A DNA stretch of 64,000 bases from Pseudobacteriovorax antillogorgiicola (lineage in GTDB: Bacteria; Bdellovibrionota_B; Oligoflexia; Oligoflexales; RGVZ01), in assembly GCA_945898195.1 (NCBI GenBank), contig CAMDHM010000002.1:1-64000 (forward strand), given 5' to 3'. Numbering within the stretch: position 1 is the stretch's first letter; every line of letters starts with the position of its first letter. The notes below the pieces were generated by a model that saw only the letters and a list, made by a program, of their open reading frames with translations, did not search any database and was not told the origin of the DNA. Below, one piece after another: positions 19,026-29,727 of the stretch. Made by a program: the position numbers and the translations under genes.

Positions 19026-20462
19026 GTGGTCTTGACCATACTGGTGGGAATGGTTCTGTGTTTTTCTTCCGGAATTTGTCTGGGCATTTATGGGTTTACG
19101 CTTTTTTTACTGGTCTCCTTGGGAACGTGGGCCGTCCAACGCCGGTATCCTGACGGCGACTATAGCGTCAGGATACGGCGTTCAGCATGGCCGTTCGTGT
19201 TATGGGTCGCCGCATTTTTTTGGGGGTATGCCCATCACGGCAATTTTCGCTCGCTTCGTCCTGGGCGCTTTCAAATCATTGCCACAGGAAGCTCGTTCTC
19301 TTCTCGGGGCGCTTTAGCGCTGGTGGAGGGGGCCGAGGGGCGAACCCTCATCGGACTAGACCGTGCGGTCCCCACAAAACAAGCGGGTCCAGTCATTCAA
19401 CTGCGTCGCTGTGGGTATGGGCGGTGGATGATTCCGGGACGATGCCTGATCCAAGACGAACCGGCAGGGAATTTAAGGAGTTATCCAGAAAGGAGCCGGG
19501 CGAGTTTTCGAGGGATGATTTTTGCGCTGCGACGCCGTGTGACGAAATACCTTGACGGTTTTGGGGCAAGCGCCGCCCCGTGGTTGAAGGCCTTATTGCT
19601 TGGTCTTTCAACCAATAGCAATGGCGGGCTGCTCGAATCTTTTCGCGGTATTGGCCTCCTCCATTTTCTTGTGGTTAGTGGTTCTCACGTAACGCTGGTT
19701 CATCGCTGCGCCTCCGGCTGCGTGTTTGGAATTAGACGGGTTGCCAGTGCGCTTTTTCCTGCATTGCCGCCCCTTGCCTCTGGGCCAAACGGATGGACTG
19801 TTGCGCTTGGGATTGTCGCAACAACCCTATTTTGTTTGTTGTCTGGATTGGAGCCCCCAGTGCAACGCGCCCTGTGTGGCCTTTGCGTTGGGCAGGCTTT
19901 GGCGGTTGCTGGAAGCCGATTTTCACGTGGGGCCTCGATTGCTTCGACCTTTTTGCTGCAGGCGTTTATTTGGCCTGTGGGGTTTCTTTCGCGCTCTAAT
20001 TTTCTGAGTTGGATGGCTTGGCTTATTGTTTTATTGGCGAAGCCGGTGGTTCCGCTTTGGTCGACCCTCGCTCGGGCCTGCTTTCGGCAGGTGTCCATGG
20101 CATTTGCCCTTGCAGCGCTTACTGGTTTTGGGACGTGCGCTGGAATTATTGCGAATCTGGTTTTTCTGCCGGTACTCGAGATGTTTTTTATTTTTTGTTT
20201 GGTGGTTGTTTTTGCCGGGCCAGGGCTTGGCGCACTGGTACATTTTAACCAGATGGTCCAATCCATTTGCGACGCGGCTTTATGGGTTTCGCAGTTAACC
20301 GCCGGCGGAATTTACCGGGAAATGGACGGCATGATCACCCACCCCTGGGTGAGGGTGGCGGTCATGGGCCTGGCATGGTTGGCCGTCTGTTTTTATACGA
20401 TCTCAACCCTACGGGCTTCTAAAATACCACCGGAATCAGTGGCGGAATCCACGGCGGAATGA
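19026..20462 (+). CDS. ComEC/Rec2-like integral membrane protein (short form without metallo-beta-lactamase domain)
   Basis: 478 aa, polytopic. Competence-domain motif 'GLLHFLVVSGSHVTLV'. No HxHxDH beta-lactamase motif is present. Confidence 0.65.
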   Translation: MVLTILVGMVLCFSSGICLGIYGFTLFLLVSLGTWAVQRRYPDGDYSVRIRRSAWPFVLWVAAFFWGYAHHGNFRSLRPGRFQIIATGSSFSSRGALALVEGAEGRTLIGLDRAVPTKQAGPVIQLRRCGYGRWMIPGRCLIQDEPAGNLRSYPERSRASFRGMIFALRRRVTKYLDGFGASAAPWLKALLLGLSTNSNGGLLESFRGIGLLHFLVVSGSHVTLVHRCASGCVFGIRRVASALFPALPPLASGPNGWTVALGIVATTLFCLLSGLEPPVQRALCGLCVGQALAVAGSRFSRGASIASTFLLQAFIWPVGFLSRSNFLSWMAWLIVLLAKPVVPLWSTLARACFRQVSMAFALAALTGFGTCAGIIANLVFLPVLEMFFIFCLVVVFAGPGLGALVHFNQMVQSICDAALWVSQLTAGGIYREMDGMITHPWVRVAVMGLAWLAVCFYTISTLRASKIPPESVAESTAE

Positions 20463-21523
20463 GCCATTTGGGGGACCTTGCTTTTCACGGCGCTCATGTA
20501 AAGGCTTGCGGCACTGATGACGCCAGAAAATATGGCGACGAGGAAAAAGGCCGGATGCCAGATTGCGCCGAGCAAAAAGAGAAAAACAGCCGCAACTCCG
20601 GTAACGATGGCGTTGACGCCGACCTTATCGGTGCGCGTAAGGGCCAGCTCTCCGTGAAGGACGCCCGAACTGTAGCCTTCGATCAGGACATGCTTCACGG
20701 CGGGCTTATAGAAATGGCGCAGGGCGGTTTGTGGGCGGTAATAATAGGTAACATGCCAAAAAGGCAGGTGAATCAATTGAATCCCTGCAATCTCGACTTC
20801 GGTTCGGCAATCAACCAAGAAGTCGACGTATAGGCCGGCGATTTGATGGTGGTAGTGGTCTACGTGTTGGCTCGCGCGCCTTATCGCGGTTTCCTCGTCA
20901 ACCTGGATTCCGGAGATGGGCAGTCCGTTGGCGAATTTGAACTCGAAGGACTCTTTGGCATCGTAGGCAGACCTGTCCGTTTGTGGCTTTTCGATGTGCC
21001 CGCGAGAAAACGTTGAATCCAAAGGAAATCCATCCCAGTTCACCAGGACTTTTTCTTTTGGCTCATGCATCCGGGCGATGCCCCAAAGTTCACAAATATT
21101 ATGGCGCGCATTCACGCCCCACCGATAAGTTCTCCGAAACTTCCCGCTTTCATTCAAAAAGTCAGAGCCAATGCCGTGATCTTGGATTCTCGTTCGGCGT
21201 TGCGCCAGGCCCGTCCAGTGGGTGTGGGCCTCCAGGGAGATGGCCCAAAAAGGAAGGCTGAGCCCCTCCACCGAGGCCACGACGTACTCTTTATCAACCA
21301 TTTTTGGATTGTGATGAAGGCGCTTTAGCCATTCCAGGGTCATGTCCCGAACGGCCTTTGGCGCCATGGTATTTGGAATAATATAGTGATCGAGATAGGG
21401 ATCTTTTTCACCTGTCTCGACGTTGTGTTTGAACGTTTCTGAACAAAAGGGACAGATCATCAAGTAGTTCTTGAAGTCGTATTGGGCTGATGTTCCGCAA
21501 GTTGGACAGGCTAATTCATGCAT
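20393..21523 (-). CDS. hypothetical zinc-ribbon / membrane-anchored protein
   Basis: 376 aa. N-terminal C4 zinc ribbon CPTCG…(17)…CPFC. Central soluble region. Two C-terminal TM helices. Convergent 70-bp overlap with the comEC-like 3' end. Confidence 0.5.
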   Translation of the reverse strand: MHELACPTCGTSAQYDFKNYLMICPFCSETFKHNVETGEKDPYLDHYIIPNTMAPKAVRDMTLEWLKRLHHNPKMVDKEYVVASVEGLSLPFWAISLEAHTHWTGLAQRRTRIQDHGIGSDFLNESGKFRRTYRWGVNARHNICELWGIARMHEPKEKVLVNWDGFPLDSTFSRGHIEKPQTDRSAYDAKESFEFKFANGLPISGIQVDEETAIRRASQHVDHYHHQIAGLYVDFLVDCRTEVEIAGIQLIHLPFWHVTYYYRPQTALRHFYKPAVKHVLIEGYSSGVLHGELALTRTDKVGVNAIVTGVAAVFLFLLGAIWHPAFFLVAIFSGVISAASLYMSAVKSKVPQMAHSAVDSATDSGGILEARRVEIV

Positions 21524-21698
21524 GGGGCGCGGTCCTCCTGGGAAAATTTTAACACGTTTCAGTTGACACCATGCGTTTCGGCCTTAAGTTGCATCTATAA
21601 GGGACGGTCGGCCGGGTTACCGGAGTCGTTCGGGGGCATTGAGGGGCGCATGGGCGGTCCTTTAAAAAACGAAAAATCCATAATGAAATGGGGAACAT

Positions 21699-23612
21699 AT
21701 GGCAGGCAAGATCATCGGAATCGACTTAGGCACCACCAACTCAGTGGTGGCCATCATGGAGCAAGGCCAACCTAAAATTATCGCTAATGCGGAAGGGCAA
21801 CGGACCACCCCCAGCGTGGTAGCCTTCTCGAAGGACGGCGATGTTTTGGTCGGGGCGGCTGCCCGTCGGCAATCGGTCACCAATCCGGAGCGGACGATTT
21901 ACTCGGCCAAGCGTTTCATTGGTTGTACCTACGGGGAACGTGAAGACGAGGCCAAGCGAGTGCCCTACAAGGTGGTCAAGGGCCGTGGGAATTTGGCCGT
22001 GTTTGACATCGATGGCAAGGAGCATACGCCGCCAGAAATTGCGGCCAAGGTCTTGGCGAAGCTCAAACAAGCAGCCGAGGATTATCTTGGTGAGACCGTC
22101 ACAGAGGCTGTCATCACGGTCCCAGCTTATTTTAACGATAGCCAGCGTCAGGCAACCAAGGATGCGGGGAAAATCGCCGGCCTTGATGTGAAGCGCATTG
22201 TTGCAGAGCCGACTGCGGCCGCCCTTGCTTACGGCCTCGACAAGAAAAAACATGAGAAAATCGTGGTGTACGATTTCGGCGGTGGAACCTTCGACATTTC
22301 GATTCTTGAAGTTGGCGAGAACGTGGTCGAGGTGCTTGCAACCAACGGTGACACCCACCTGGGTGGCGACAATGTTGACGAAGTTCTGATCGATTTTTTG
22401 GTCAAGGAATTCAAAACTAGCACCGGCATCGATGTCTCCAAGGACGCGATGGCAATGCAGCGCCTTAAAGAAGCCGCTGAAAAGGCTAAAATCGAACTCT
22501 CGTCAGCACAGGCAACGGATATCAATCTGCCGTTTTTGACGGCGGATCAGTCCGGACCAAAACATTTGAACGTGTCGTTGAACCGCTCCAAGTTTGAGCA
22601 ACTCATTGGCGATATCGTTGAGAAGACGATGGCTCCTTGTCGTCAAGTCCTCAAGGATGCTGGCTTGCAGGCTGCCCAGATCAATGAAGTTCTGCTCGTT
22701 GGTGGGTCGACTCGGATTCCGCTGGTGCAGCAGAAGGTTAAGGATTTCTTTAACAAAGAACCTAACCGGACGGTAAACCCGGACGAAGTGGTCGCCGTCG
22801 GCGCTGCAGTTCAGGCGGGCATTTTGGCTGGTGAAGTGAAGGATGTGTTGCTCTTGGATGTGACGCCTTTGTCCCTTGGGATCGAAACCCTTGGCGGTGT
22901 CATGACCAAGTTGATCGAACGGAATACGACGATTCCGACCCGTCGGGCTCAAGTATTTTCTACGGCGGCTGATAATCAGACGTCGGTAGAGATCAATGTG
23001 CTCCAGGGCGAGCGTGAGATGGCGCGCGACAACCGTCAGTTATCACGCTTTAGCTTGGTGGATCTCCCGACAGCACCTCGTGGTGTGCCGCAGGTGGAAG
23101 TCGCTTTTGACATTGATGCCAACGGCATCGTCTCGGTATCGGCAAAAGATTTGGGCACTGGCAAAGAGCAGAAAATTACCGTTCAAGCTTCAACCAAGTT
23201 GAGCGAAGACGAGATTAGCCGGATGGTCAAGGATGCTGAGGTTCACAAGGAAGAAGACAAGAAGAAGCGGGAACAAATCCAAGCTCGTAATGCGCTGGAT
23301 TCGATGATTTTTCAGGCCGAAAAAATGATCCGTGAAAACGGCGATAAGCTTCCGGCTGAATTAAAGGGTGATGTCGAGGTGGCGGTTGCCGCAGCTAAGA
23401 CCAAATTGGACGACGAGGATGCCGCGGTGATCGAGGCTGCTAGGGCAGAACTCGAGACCAAGATGCACAAGTTGGCGGAAGAGCTGTACAAGTCGGCACA
23501 GGCCAGTGGTGAAGCAGGCGGCAAGGCGGAAGCTGGCAAGGAGACAACCACCAAGAAGTCTGATTCCGACGTGGTGGATGCAGAGTATGAGGACAATTCT
23601 GGCAACCCTTGA
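21699..23612 (+). CDS. dnaK: molecular chaperone DnaK (Hsp70)
   Basis: 637 aa. '[10 protein letters not shown]', 'DLGGGTFD' and the rest of the Hsp70 signature set. Confidence 0.95.
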   Translation: MAGKIIGIDLGTTNSVVAIMEQGQPKIIANAEGQRTTPSVVAFSKDGDVLVGAAARRQSVTNPERTIYSAKRFIGCTYGEREDEAKRVPYKVVKGRGNLAVFDIDGKEHTPPEIAAKVLAKLKQAAEDYLGETVTEAVITVPAYFNDSQRQATKDAGKIAGLDVKRIVAEPTAAALAYGLDKKKHEKIVVYDFGGGTFDISILEVGENVVEVLATNGDTHLGGDNVDEVLIDFLVKEFKTSTGIDVSKDAMAMQRLKEAAEKAKIELSSAQATDINLPFLTADQSGPKHLNVSLNRSKFEQLIGDIVEKTMAPCRQVLKDAGLQAAQINEVLLVGGSTRIPLVQQKVKDFFNKEPNRTVNPDEVVAVGAAVQAGILAGEVKDVLLLDVTPLSLGIETLGGVMTKLIERNTTIPTRRAQVFSTAADNQTSVEINVLQGEREMARDNRQLSRFSLVDLPTAPRGVPQVEVAFDIDANGIVSVSAKDLGTGKEQKITVQASTKLSEDEISRMVKDAEVHKEEDKKKREQIQARNALDSMIFQAEKMIRENGDKLPAELKGDVEVAVAAAKTKLDDEDAAVIEAARAELETKMHKLAEELYKSAQASGEAGGKAEAGKETTTKKSDSDVVDAEYEDNSGNP

Positions 23613-23632
23613 GGGGTTGCCGGGTTTCAAAG

Positions 23633-24391
23633 CTAAGTTTTTCTGGCGTCCATGAATGATTTTAGAAGATCCACGGGGACCGGAAAAACGATCGTCGAAT
23701 GCTGTTCCGACGCAATGTCGGACAGCGTTTGAAGGTATCGAAGCTGAACCGAAACGGGATTTTGAGAGAGAATGTCGGCCGCCTCCCGCAGTTTTGCCGC
23801 AGATTGCATTTCACCTTCGGCGGCGATTATTTTGGCGCGGCGTTCTCTCTCAGATTCTGCTTCTCGGGCCATGGCTCGCTGCATTTCCTGCGGCATATCA
23901 ATGTCTTTCACTTCCACCGAAGCCACTTTGATGCCCCAAGATTCAGTGTTTTGATCAAGGATCTGTTGAAGCTGGTCGTTGATCTTTTCTCGTTCGGTCA
24001 GCAGGTCATCAAGGGTGTGTTGGCCTAAGATTGAACGCAGGTGCGTTTGGGCTAACTGGGTTGTGGCATAGAGAAAATTTTCAATGTTGATGACGGCTTT
24101 TTTGGGGTCAACAACCCGAAAATAAAGCACAGCGTTCACTTTTAGGCTGACGTTATCCCGGCTGATAACATCCTGAGGGTCGATAGCCATGGTCACAGTT
24201 CGTATTGAAATACGAACCATTCGGTCAACTAATGGTATCAAAATAACTGGCCCTGGCCCCTTGGGGACTCCCAACACACGACCTAGGCGAAAAATGACGC
24301 CTCGTTCGTATTCTTGCAAAATTTTGATCGACGATGCGATAAACGCCAGAGCCAACATAAAAAACAGAAAACTTCCAGAAGCCACGGACAA
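23633..24391 (-). CDS. SPFH/band-7 (stomatin-like) membrane protein
   Basis: N-terminal TM helix followed by an SPFH domain (…[37 protein letters not shown]…) and a coiled-coil C-terminus. Confidence 0.8.
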   Translation of the reverse strand: MSVASGSFLFFMLALAFIASSIKILQEYERGVIFRLGRVLGVPKGPGPVILIPLVDRMVRISIRTVTMAIDPQDVISRDNVSLKVNAVLYFRVVDPKKAVINIENFLYATTQLAQTHLRSILGQHTLDDLLTEREKINDQLQQILDQNTESWGIKVASVEVKDIDMPQEMQRAMAREAESERERRAKIIAAEGEMQSAAKLREAADILSQNPVSVQLRYLQTLSDIASEQHSTIVFPVPVDLLKSFMDARKT

Positions 24392-24417
24392 CCCTCCTCA
24401 GGTTTTTGATGATTATG

Positions 24418-24882
24418 TCAGATATCTTTTCCCAGATTTTTGTATGGCTGAAGTTGAAGCCATAAGTCACGTTTTGCGGCAGGATCGGTTTCTAATTTGA
24501 AAAGATCAGGTCCCTGAACAACTTTGGCACAGCTCATCCCAAGCCCCTCAGCCCATTGACGAGAGGCCTTGGCTGAGGGCTCACCAAATGCCACAACCAG
24601 TTTGAATTCGTTTTCACCAATCACCCGTGTGTCGTTGGCCAGGTCGGTAAAATCCTTAATTTCTAATTCGGTGTTTTGATACCCGCATGCAGCCGCAATG
24701 CGGCACATGAGTTGGATTTGCCCCTCGGAAAGCGCGGCTTCACTATGAACCATCATCACACTGGGGGAGTGGGCCCTTGTTGGATAGCGTTGCCCCCGCT
24801 CTTCCAGCCAGTCGAGGTATTTGAGGTGTTTATTAGCGGGCATCATGCCTCGGGTATAGCACCGAGGGTGGTTAGGACGCAA
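24418..24882 (-). CDS. hypothetical protein (~142-154 aa)
   Basis: Last gene of the RNase Y / TPR / REC-TPR gene string. The likely start is the internal Met at 24846. No motif assigned. Confidence 0.4.
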   Translation of the reverse strand: MRPNHPRCYTRGMMPANKHLKYLDWLEERGQRYPTRAHSPSVMMVHSEAALSEGQIQLMCRIAAACGYQNTELEIKDFTDLANDTRVIGENEFKLVVAFGEPSAKASRQWAEGLGMSCAKVVQGPDLFKLETDPAAKRDLWLQLQPYKNLGKDI

Positions 24883-26398
24883 TGCGGGTCGAGCCCTTTG
24901 CAGGGTGGACTTTGCGAAGTTTCTTCAGCTCATTTTTGGCATCATCGATTTGGTGCGAGATCACATCTGGCGGTGCCCCGAGCATGGAGGCACGCATGAG
25001 GACGTAACAGGCCTTTCCGGGCTCGTTTATCGCCATTAGTGCGGCCGCCTGAACAAGCAGCGCCTGCTCGCTCCAGGGTTGTGCCGCAAACGATTTAAGG
25101 GCCAAGGCTTCGGCCTTGGCGGGGTTTTTGAGTTGCAGGTGCAGATCGGCCATCAAGCGAAAGACGTAACTCATGTTCTGGCTGTTTTTGATGTTTTCAA
25201 GTGCCAGCAACCCCTGTTCCGGGTGTCCATTTTTAATTTCAGCAATGGCCATGATCAGGTTGGCTTCGTCGGCCTCCCCGGTTTTGGTCAGTTCGCCAGC
25301 CAAGGCTACGGCTTCTTCAAGTTTTTCTTGCATAAAATAAACGCGCGCAAGGATAACGCTGGCATCAGTTTGCTCTGGATTCGCTGATTTGAGGTCCCGA
25401 AGCAGCAACTCTGCGCGGCGCAGATCTTTAATCCGTTCACAGGTGGAGACGATGGCTTCGAGCGCGTCGCGCGCGTCGGGATAATAGCGGCGGAGGCGTT
25501 TGAAATAATAAAGGCCCTTATTGACATCGCCATTTTTAATTTGAGCATGACCCATCGCAAGAAGTGCAGGGCGCATCCGCTGGTCGATTAAAAGGGCTTT
25601 TCGAAAATGATCGATGGCCTCTTCGGGACGCCCTTGTTCCATCAGGATTTGGCCAAGTTGGGTATGGCGTTCTGGTTGTTTGCCGTGGATTTCCAATTCG
25701 GCTGCCATCAGTGCAGCGGCTTCCCCCACCCTTCCCTTGATCAGGCGTAATTCAGCCAATAGTGCGTGGGCTCGGTAGTAGGCAGGTTGCTCGGCGAGCA
25801 CCCCTTCGAGGATCTTTTCGGCGGCGCTGATTTGACCGGACTTGCTCAAGGCGAAGGCGTGAAGGAAACGAACACGAAGATCCTTGCCATCAAGCGTCGA
25901 GGCTTCGCCCAAGAGTTGCAATGCTTCATGGAACTTGCCTTCGAGGAGCTGCTTCTCGGTGGTGCGGATTTTCTGTAGCAAGGGTTCAGGTGAGGCGAAA
26001 GCGTTCAGAAGTTTGATCACTTTTTTTTCAAGGTCGTCGGCTTGAAATGGTTTTAGCAAATAATCGTTCGCCCCCAGATCAACGGCCTTGATGATGTCGT
26101 CTCGAGAGGCCTCTCCCGTCACGACTAGAATGGGAATATCAGACCCCAAATTTTGGTAGCGAACTTTTTCAAGGACATCAAAGCCACTGCTGCCGCCCAT
26201 CGCTAGGTCGCAAATTAAAAGCGTCGGATTATTAGCTTCAATAGTAGCAATGGCCTGTGAAGCATTTGACGCTTCAAGTACTTCTTGGAAGTTGATTTTG
26301 TGTAGGGAGCGGCGGATTGCTTTGCGGCTCTGAGGCTGATCATCGATGATCAGGATGGTGAGGTCTTGAGGGTTAAAATTATATTTTGTGTCAGACAC
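24872..26398 (-). CDS. response regulator, receiver domain fused to TPR repeats
   Basis: N-terminal REC (…LTILIIDDQPQSRK…LLICDLAMGGSSGFDVL…LKPF…). C-terminal ~380 aa of TPR repeats. No DNA-binding output domain. Confidence 0.75.
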   Translation of the reverse strand: MSDTKYNFNPQDLTILIIDDQPQSRKAIRRSLHKINFQEVLEASNASQAIATIEANNPTLLICDLAMGGSSGFDVLEKVRYQNLGSDIPILVVTGEASRDDIIKAVDLGANDYLLKPFQADDLEKKVIKLLNAFASPEPLLQKIRTTEKQLLEGKFHEALQLLGEASTLDGKDLRVRFLHAFALSKSGQISAAEKILEGVLAEQPAYYRAHALLAELRLIKGRVGEAAALMAAELEIHGKQPERHTQLGQILMEQGRPEEAIDHFRKALLIDQRMRPALLAMGHAQIKNGDVNKGLYYFKRLRRYYPDARDALEAIVSTCERIKDLRRAELLLRDLKSANPEQTDASVILARVYFMQEKLEEAVALAGELTKTGEADEANLIMAIAEIKNGHPEQGLLALENIKNSQNMSYVFRLMADLHLQLKNPAKAEALALKSFAAQPWSEQALLVQAAALMAINEPGKACYVLMRASMLGAPPDVISHQIDDAKNELKKLRKVHPAKGSTRIAS

Positions 26399-26429
26399 GT
26401 TCCTCCCCTCCCCTTTTTTTGTTTAATGG

Positions 26430-27134
26430 CTAACCGTTGGCCCCCTTGATCAGAGCCCGTGCCCCTTGGTCCGCCGGTGCAGCGGCTTGAGCCTGACGCC
26501 AAAGCTGCCGCGCCTCGTCGGATTTTCCGACCTTGTGCCTTGCGATTCCGGCCCATAGCAAAGCCTGGGAATGCCCAGGAGACACCTTCAGGATTTCGGT
26601 AAATTCCTGGAAGGCTTTATCTGGATGGCCACTGCGCAAATATAACCGGCCAAGATCTAAGCGGACATCCGGCATTTTTGGGTAAATCGAAAGCGCCTTG
26701 CGGTACTCGTTGATGGCATCTTGGGTCATCGATGACTGTTCATAAGAGCGGGCAGCCGTAACGTGATGGTTGGCAATACGACCCAAAATCAGGTCTGGAA
26801 CTTTTTGCCCCGGCCTCACTTGGGAGAACGCCTGTTCGAAGATGCTGCGGGCTTCTTCATATTGCCCAAGGTCACACAGTAGGACCGACAGATTGAGTGA
26901 AGCCTCGGTGAAGTCGCTGTTGACCTTCAGCGACTTTTTGAATTCGCGAATGGCCTCGGAAAATCGGGATTGCTTGTGGTGGGTAACGCCAAGCAGGTTG
27001 TGGATGTTGGCCAAAGAGCCGTGAGTGGCGAGCGTGGACTTCAGTAGCTTTTCCGCTGCGTCAAAACGGCCGACGTTGAGGTACAACGCCACCTTTTTGT
27101 GAACGGCAACAAGTTCGGCCCGAATTCCGCTCAT
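26430..27134 (-). CDS. TPR-repeat protein
   Basis: 234 aa with about five TPR-like repeats. Lies between rny and the REC-TPR gene. Confidence 0.6.
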   Translation of the reverse strand: MSGIRAELVAVHKKVALYLNVGRFDAAEKLLKSTLATHGSLANIHNLLGVTHHKQSRFSEAIREFKKSLKVNSDFTEASLNLSVLLCDLGQYEEARSIFEQAFSQVRPGQKVPDLILGRIANHHVTAARSYEQSSMTQDAINEYRKALSIYPKMPDVRLDLGRLYLRSGHPDKAFQEFTEILKVSPGHSQALLWAGIARHKVGKSDEARQLWRQAQAAAPADQGARALIKGANG

Positions 27135-27154
27135 TTATATCCTAGCTTTCCCAA

Positions 27155-28786
27155 TCAGGCGACGGAGGTCGCCTCAAAGCGTCTTGTCACCAGAACTTTG
27201 ATCTGGCCCGGGAAAGCGACATCAGTCTCGATGCGCTTGGCGATTTCCGTGGATAGTTTTTGCAGGTCTGAGTCTTTTACCCGCTTATGACTGACTTCCA
27301 CGTGCACTTCCCTGCCACCATTCATGATCGCCGATTTGGTGACGCCAGGGAAGCTTCGGATCACATCATCGATTGCGTTGAGGCGAATTTGGTAGCCTTC
27401 TTCGAGGTTGACGCGGGCTCCGGGGCGGGCCCCAGACAGCGTGTCGGCCGTTTTCAATACGAAGGCCATCGGTGTTTCAATAATCAGGTCGTTATGGTGG
27501 GACATCACGGTGTCGCAGATCATGCGGCGCTCACCATAGCGATCCGCATAGTCCCCACTAATCACGGCGTGGCTGCCTTCAATGCGATAGTCGAGGGCCT
27601 TGCCAATGTCGTGCAATATGCCACAGCGTTTCGCATCGGATGGGTCCACTCCCAGCTCGGCAGCAACCACACCGGCAAGCACGGCGACTTCAAACGAATG
27701 CAGGTATTGATTCTGGCGGTAGCTGGTCCGCCAGTTCAGGTAGCCAATGAGCTTTTGAACTTCCGGGTGGATGTTGTCCAGGCGCAGGGCGACGACCGCC
27801 TGCCTGCCAAGTTTTATCGACTGTTGCTCAATAATATCGCGTTGCCGCAAGTAAGCTTCCCGGCTCTTTCCCCAAGCGCTGCTGTTTTTTGAAAGCAGTT
27901 CCGCGAGTGCGAGGCGGGCTGCTTCGCGGTCAACACCGGCACCCCCCGAGAGGCGCAGTACGGGAAGAAAATCAGGATTTTCTGGACGCGACAATTCGAT
28001 GTCGATGGTTGCCAGTTCCTTCATATCTAGCATTAGTTGCGAATTGGCCTCGATTTCATCGGCAAGCCGTACGCTGGGAATTTCCACAGAATTTAGCGTT
28101 TTTGGCCAGGGAAATTCCGGCGCATAACGAGACATGGCACGGCCGATGATTCGTTGCCCCGAGCGACGTCCAGATGACGACAAGTCGTCGCTGACGATGC
28201 GTAGAACTTTTTGGCATTCAAGCTGACGGCTTTCAATAATGGAACGCTTAATAGCGTTTTTAAGTTCGTTCGAATCCGTGCGCGACATCTCTTCCAGACG
28301 CCGTTTTAGGGAGGCTCCCCCACTTTCAAGGTCACGTTCAAGGCCCGCGTGGATTTCTTGGAGGGAGTGGACTTTTTGCGTGGCCACTTCCAGATTTTTT
28401 TCCAGCTTCTCGATCTGTCCCTCATCCGATTCAAACGTTTTCTCGCGCGACTCAAATTCGGCCTCAGCATTTTTTAGATCCTCGATCCGTTCCGCGAGGG
28501 AATCGTCGAGATCTTCACGCAGGATTTGAACGTTGGCGACGGCGCGCTTTAAAAAATCTTCGCTGACGGTCTCAGCCTGGATGCGGGCGTCCTTGAGGAC
28601 CTCGGTTTTTTGGCTGCGATTGCCGGCGGCCAGCCTTCCCGGCAAGAAAAAAAATCCGGCCCGGAAGATGATGTAGCCAAGCAGTACGCTAACTGCGAGT
28701 GTGATCAGCGTTTGGTTGAGGTCAAATGATGGATTCATTGTGTTTTTATTGACTCCCGATTTCAGGTCTAAAGGGTGCAACAGCAC
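27155..28786 (-). CDS. rny: ribonuclease Y
   Basis: 543 aa. N-terminal TM helix, coiled-coil, KH domain and HD domain ('LHDIGKA'). Confidence 0.85.
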   Translation of the reverse strand: MLLHPLDLKSGVNKNTMNPSFDLNQTLITLAVSVLLGYIIFRAGFFFLPGRLAAGNRSQKTEVLKDARIQAETVSEDFLKRAVANVQILREDLDDSLAERIEDLKNAEAEFESREKTFESDEGQIEKLEKNLEVATQKVHSLQEIHAGLERDLESGGASLKRRLEEMSRTDSNELKNAIKRSIIESRQLECQKVLRIVSDDLSSSGRRSGQRIIGRAMSRYAPEFPWPKTLNSVEIPSVRLADEIEANSQLMLDMKELATIDIELSRPENPDFLPVLRLSGGAGVDREAARLALAELLSKNSSAWGKSREAYLRQRDIIEQQSIKLGRQAVVALRLDNIHPEVQKLIGYLNWRTSYRQNQYLHSFEVAVLAGVVAAELGVDPSDAKRCGILHDIGKALDYRIEGSHAVISGDYADRYGERRMICDTVMSHHNDLIIETPMAFVLKTADTLSGARPGARVNLEEGYQIRLNAIDDVIRSFPGVTKSAIMNGGREVHVEVSHKRVKDSDLQKLSTEIAKRIETDVAFPGQIKVLVTRRFEATSVA

Positions 28787-28883
28787 CTCTTATATAATTC
28801 GTAACCCGGAATGATTCTCTTTACCATTAAATGCAGAGGCCTTGATTTTTGGGGCCTGTCCAGGCGAAGAAACGGAGATAACG

Positions 28884-29675
28884 ATGGAACTATCTAATTT
28901 TATTAATGAAACTCTTGATCTTTGCGCCGCCGAGCTGCTCCCGCGGTTTCGTGCGGGCCTTGAGGTTCGAACCAAGGCCGACGCAAGTTTAGTGACCGAA
29001 GCTGATCTGGCGAGCGAGAGGGTGGCTCTTGCCCGGATTAAAAATAGCTTTCCAGACGATATTATTCTTTCTGAAGAGACCCACACAAGTGCTGCCCGGC
29101 GTCCTGAAGGCGCTTACGTTTGGATTGTTGACCCACTGGACGGAACCACGAACTTTGCCAATGGCTATCCCTACTTTTGCGTTTCCATTGCGCGCGGTGT
29201 ATTTCGTGCCGACGGTTCAATTCAAGTGGTTGCCGGGGGAATTATTGACCCCGTTCGCGGGAAAAAATATACGGCGCAGATCGGCAGGGGCGCTTTTGTC
29301 GATGGGGTTCCCCTTTGCATCAGAGCCAACAGGCCGCTTGCCAAAACATTTCTAGTGACGGGATTTTATTTCACCGACCCAGAAAGGTTGTTGCCAGAAG
29401 TCGACCGGTTCGCCCGTGTCGCCCGTTTTTGTCCCGCCATCAGGCGAGATGGGGCGGCTGCCTTAGACCTTGCTCTGGTTGCGGAAGGCATCTTTGATGC
29501 TTTTTGGGAAAACGGCCTTCAGGTGTGGGATGTTGCTGCTGGATCCCTTTTGGTCAGTGAAGCGGGCGGGGCCGTTTGTAATTATTCGGGCGACGCGGGA
29601 TCTTACAACCTTGAGGCAACGGGGATTGTCGCTGGAAACCCGGCAACTGTTGCCGCGATTGCGGCCCTTCTGTGA
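28884..29675 (+). CDS. suhB: inositol monophosphatase family protein (SuhB-like)
   Basis: 'WIVDPLDGTTNFANGYPYFCVSIA' motif. Start chosen at the ATG with a GGAG SD. The track ORF begins 42 nt further upstream. Confidence 0.8.
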   Translation: MELSNFINETLDLCAAELLPRFRAGLEVRTKADASLVTEADLASERVALARIKNSFPDDIILSEETHTSAARRPEGAYVWIVDPLDGTTNFANGYPYFCVSIARGVFRADGSIQVVAGGIIDPVRGKKYTAQIGRGAFVDGVPLCIRANRPLAKTFLVTGFYFTDPERLLPEVDRFARVARFCPAIRRDGAAALDLALVAEGIFDAFWENGLQVWDVAAGSLLVSEAGGAVCNYSGDAGSYNLEATGIVAGNPATVAAIAALL

Positions 29676-29727
29676 GACGTGGGATAATCGCGATGTTGCC
29701 AATCAAGGCAACGGGAGAACGATCGTC

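Noticed and set aside
21524-21698. Heat-shock promoter (sigma-32 or CIRCE) upstream of dnaK
   Set aside because: There is a TTGACA and a CTTTAAA…CCATAAT arrangement, but spacings and matches are poor and no CIRCE inverted repeat is present. I could not make a defensible call.
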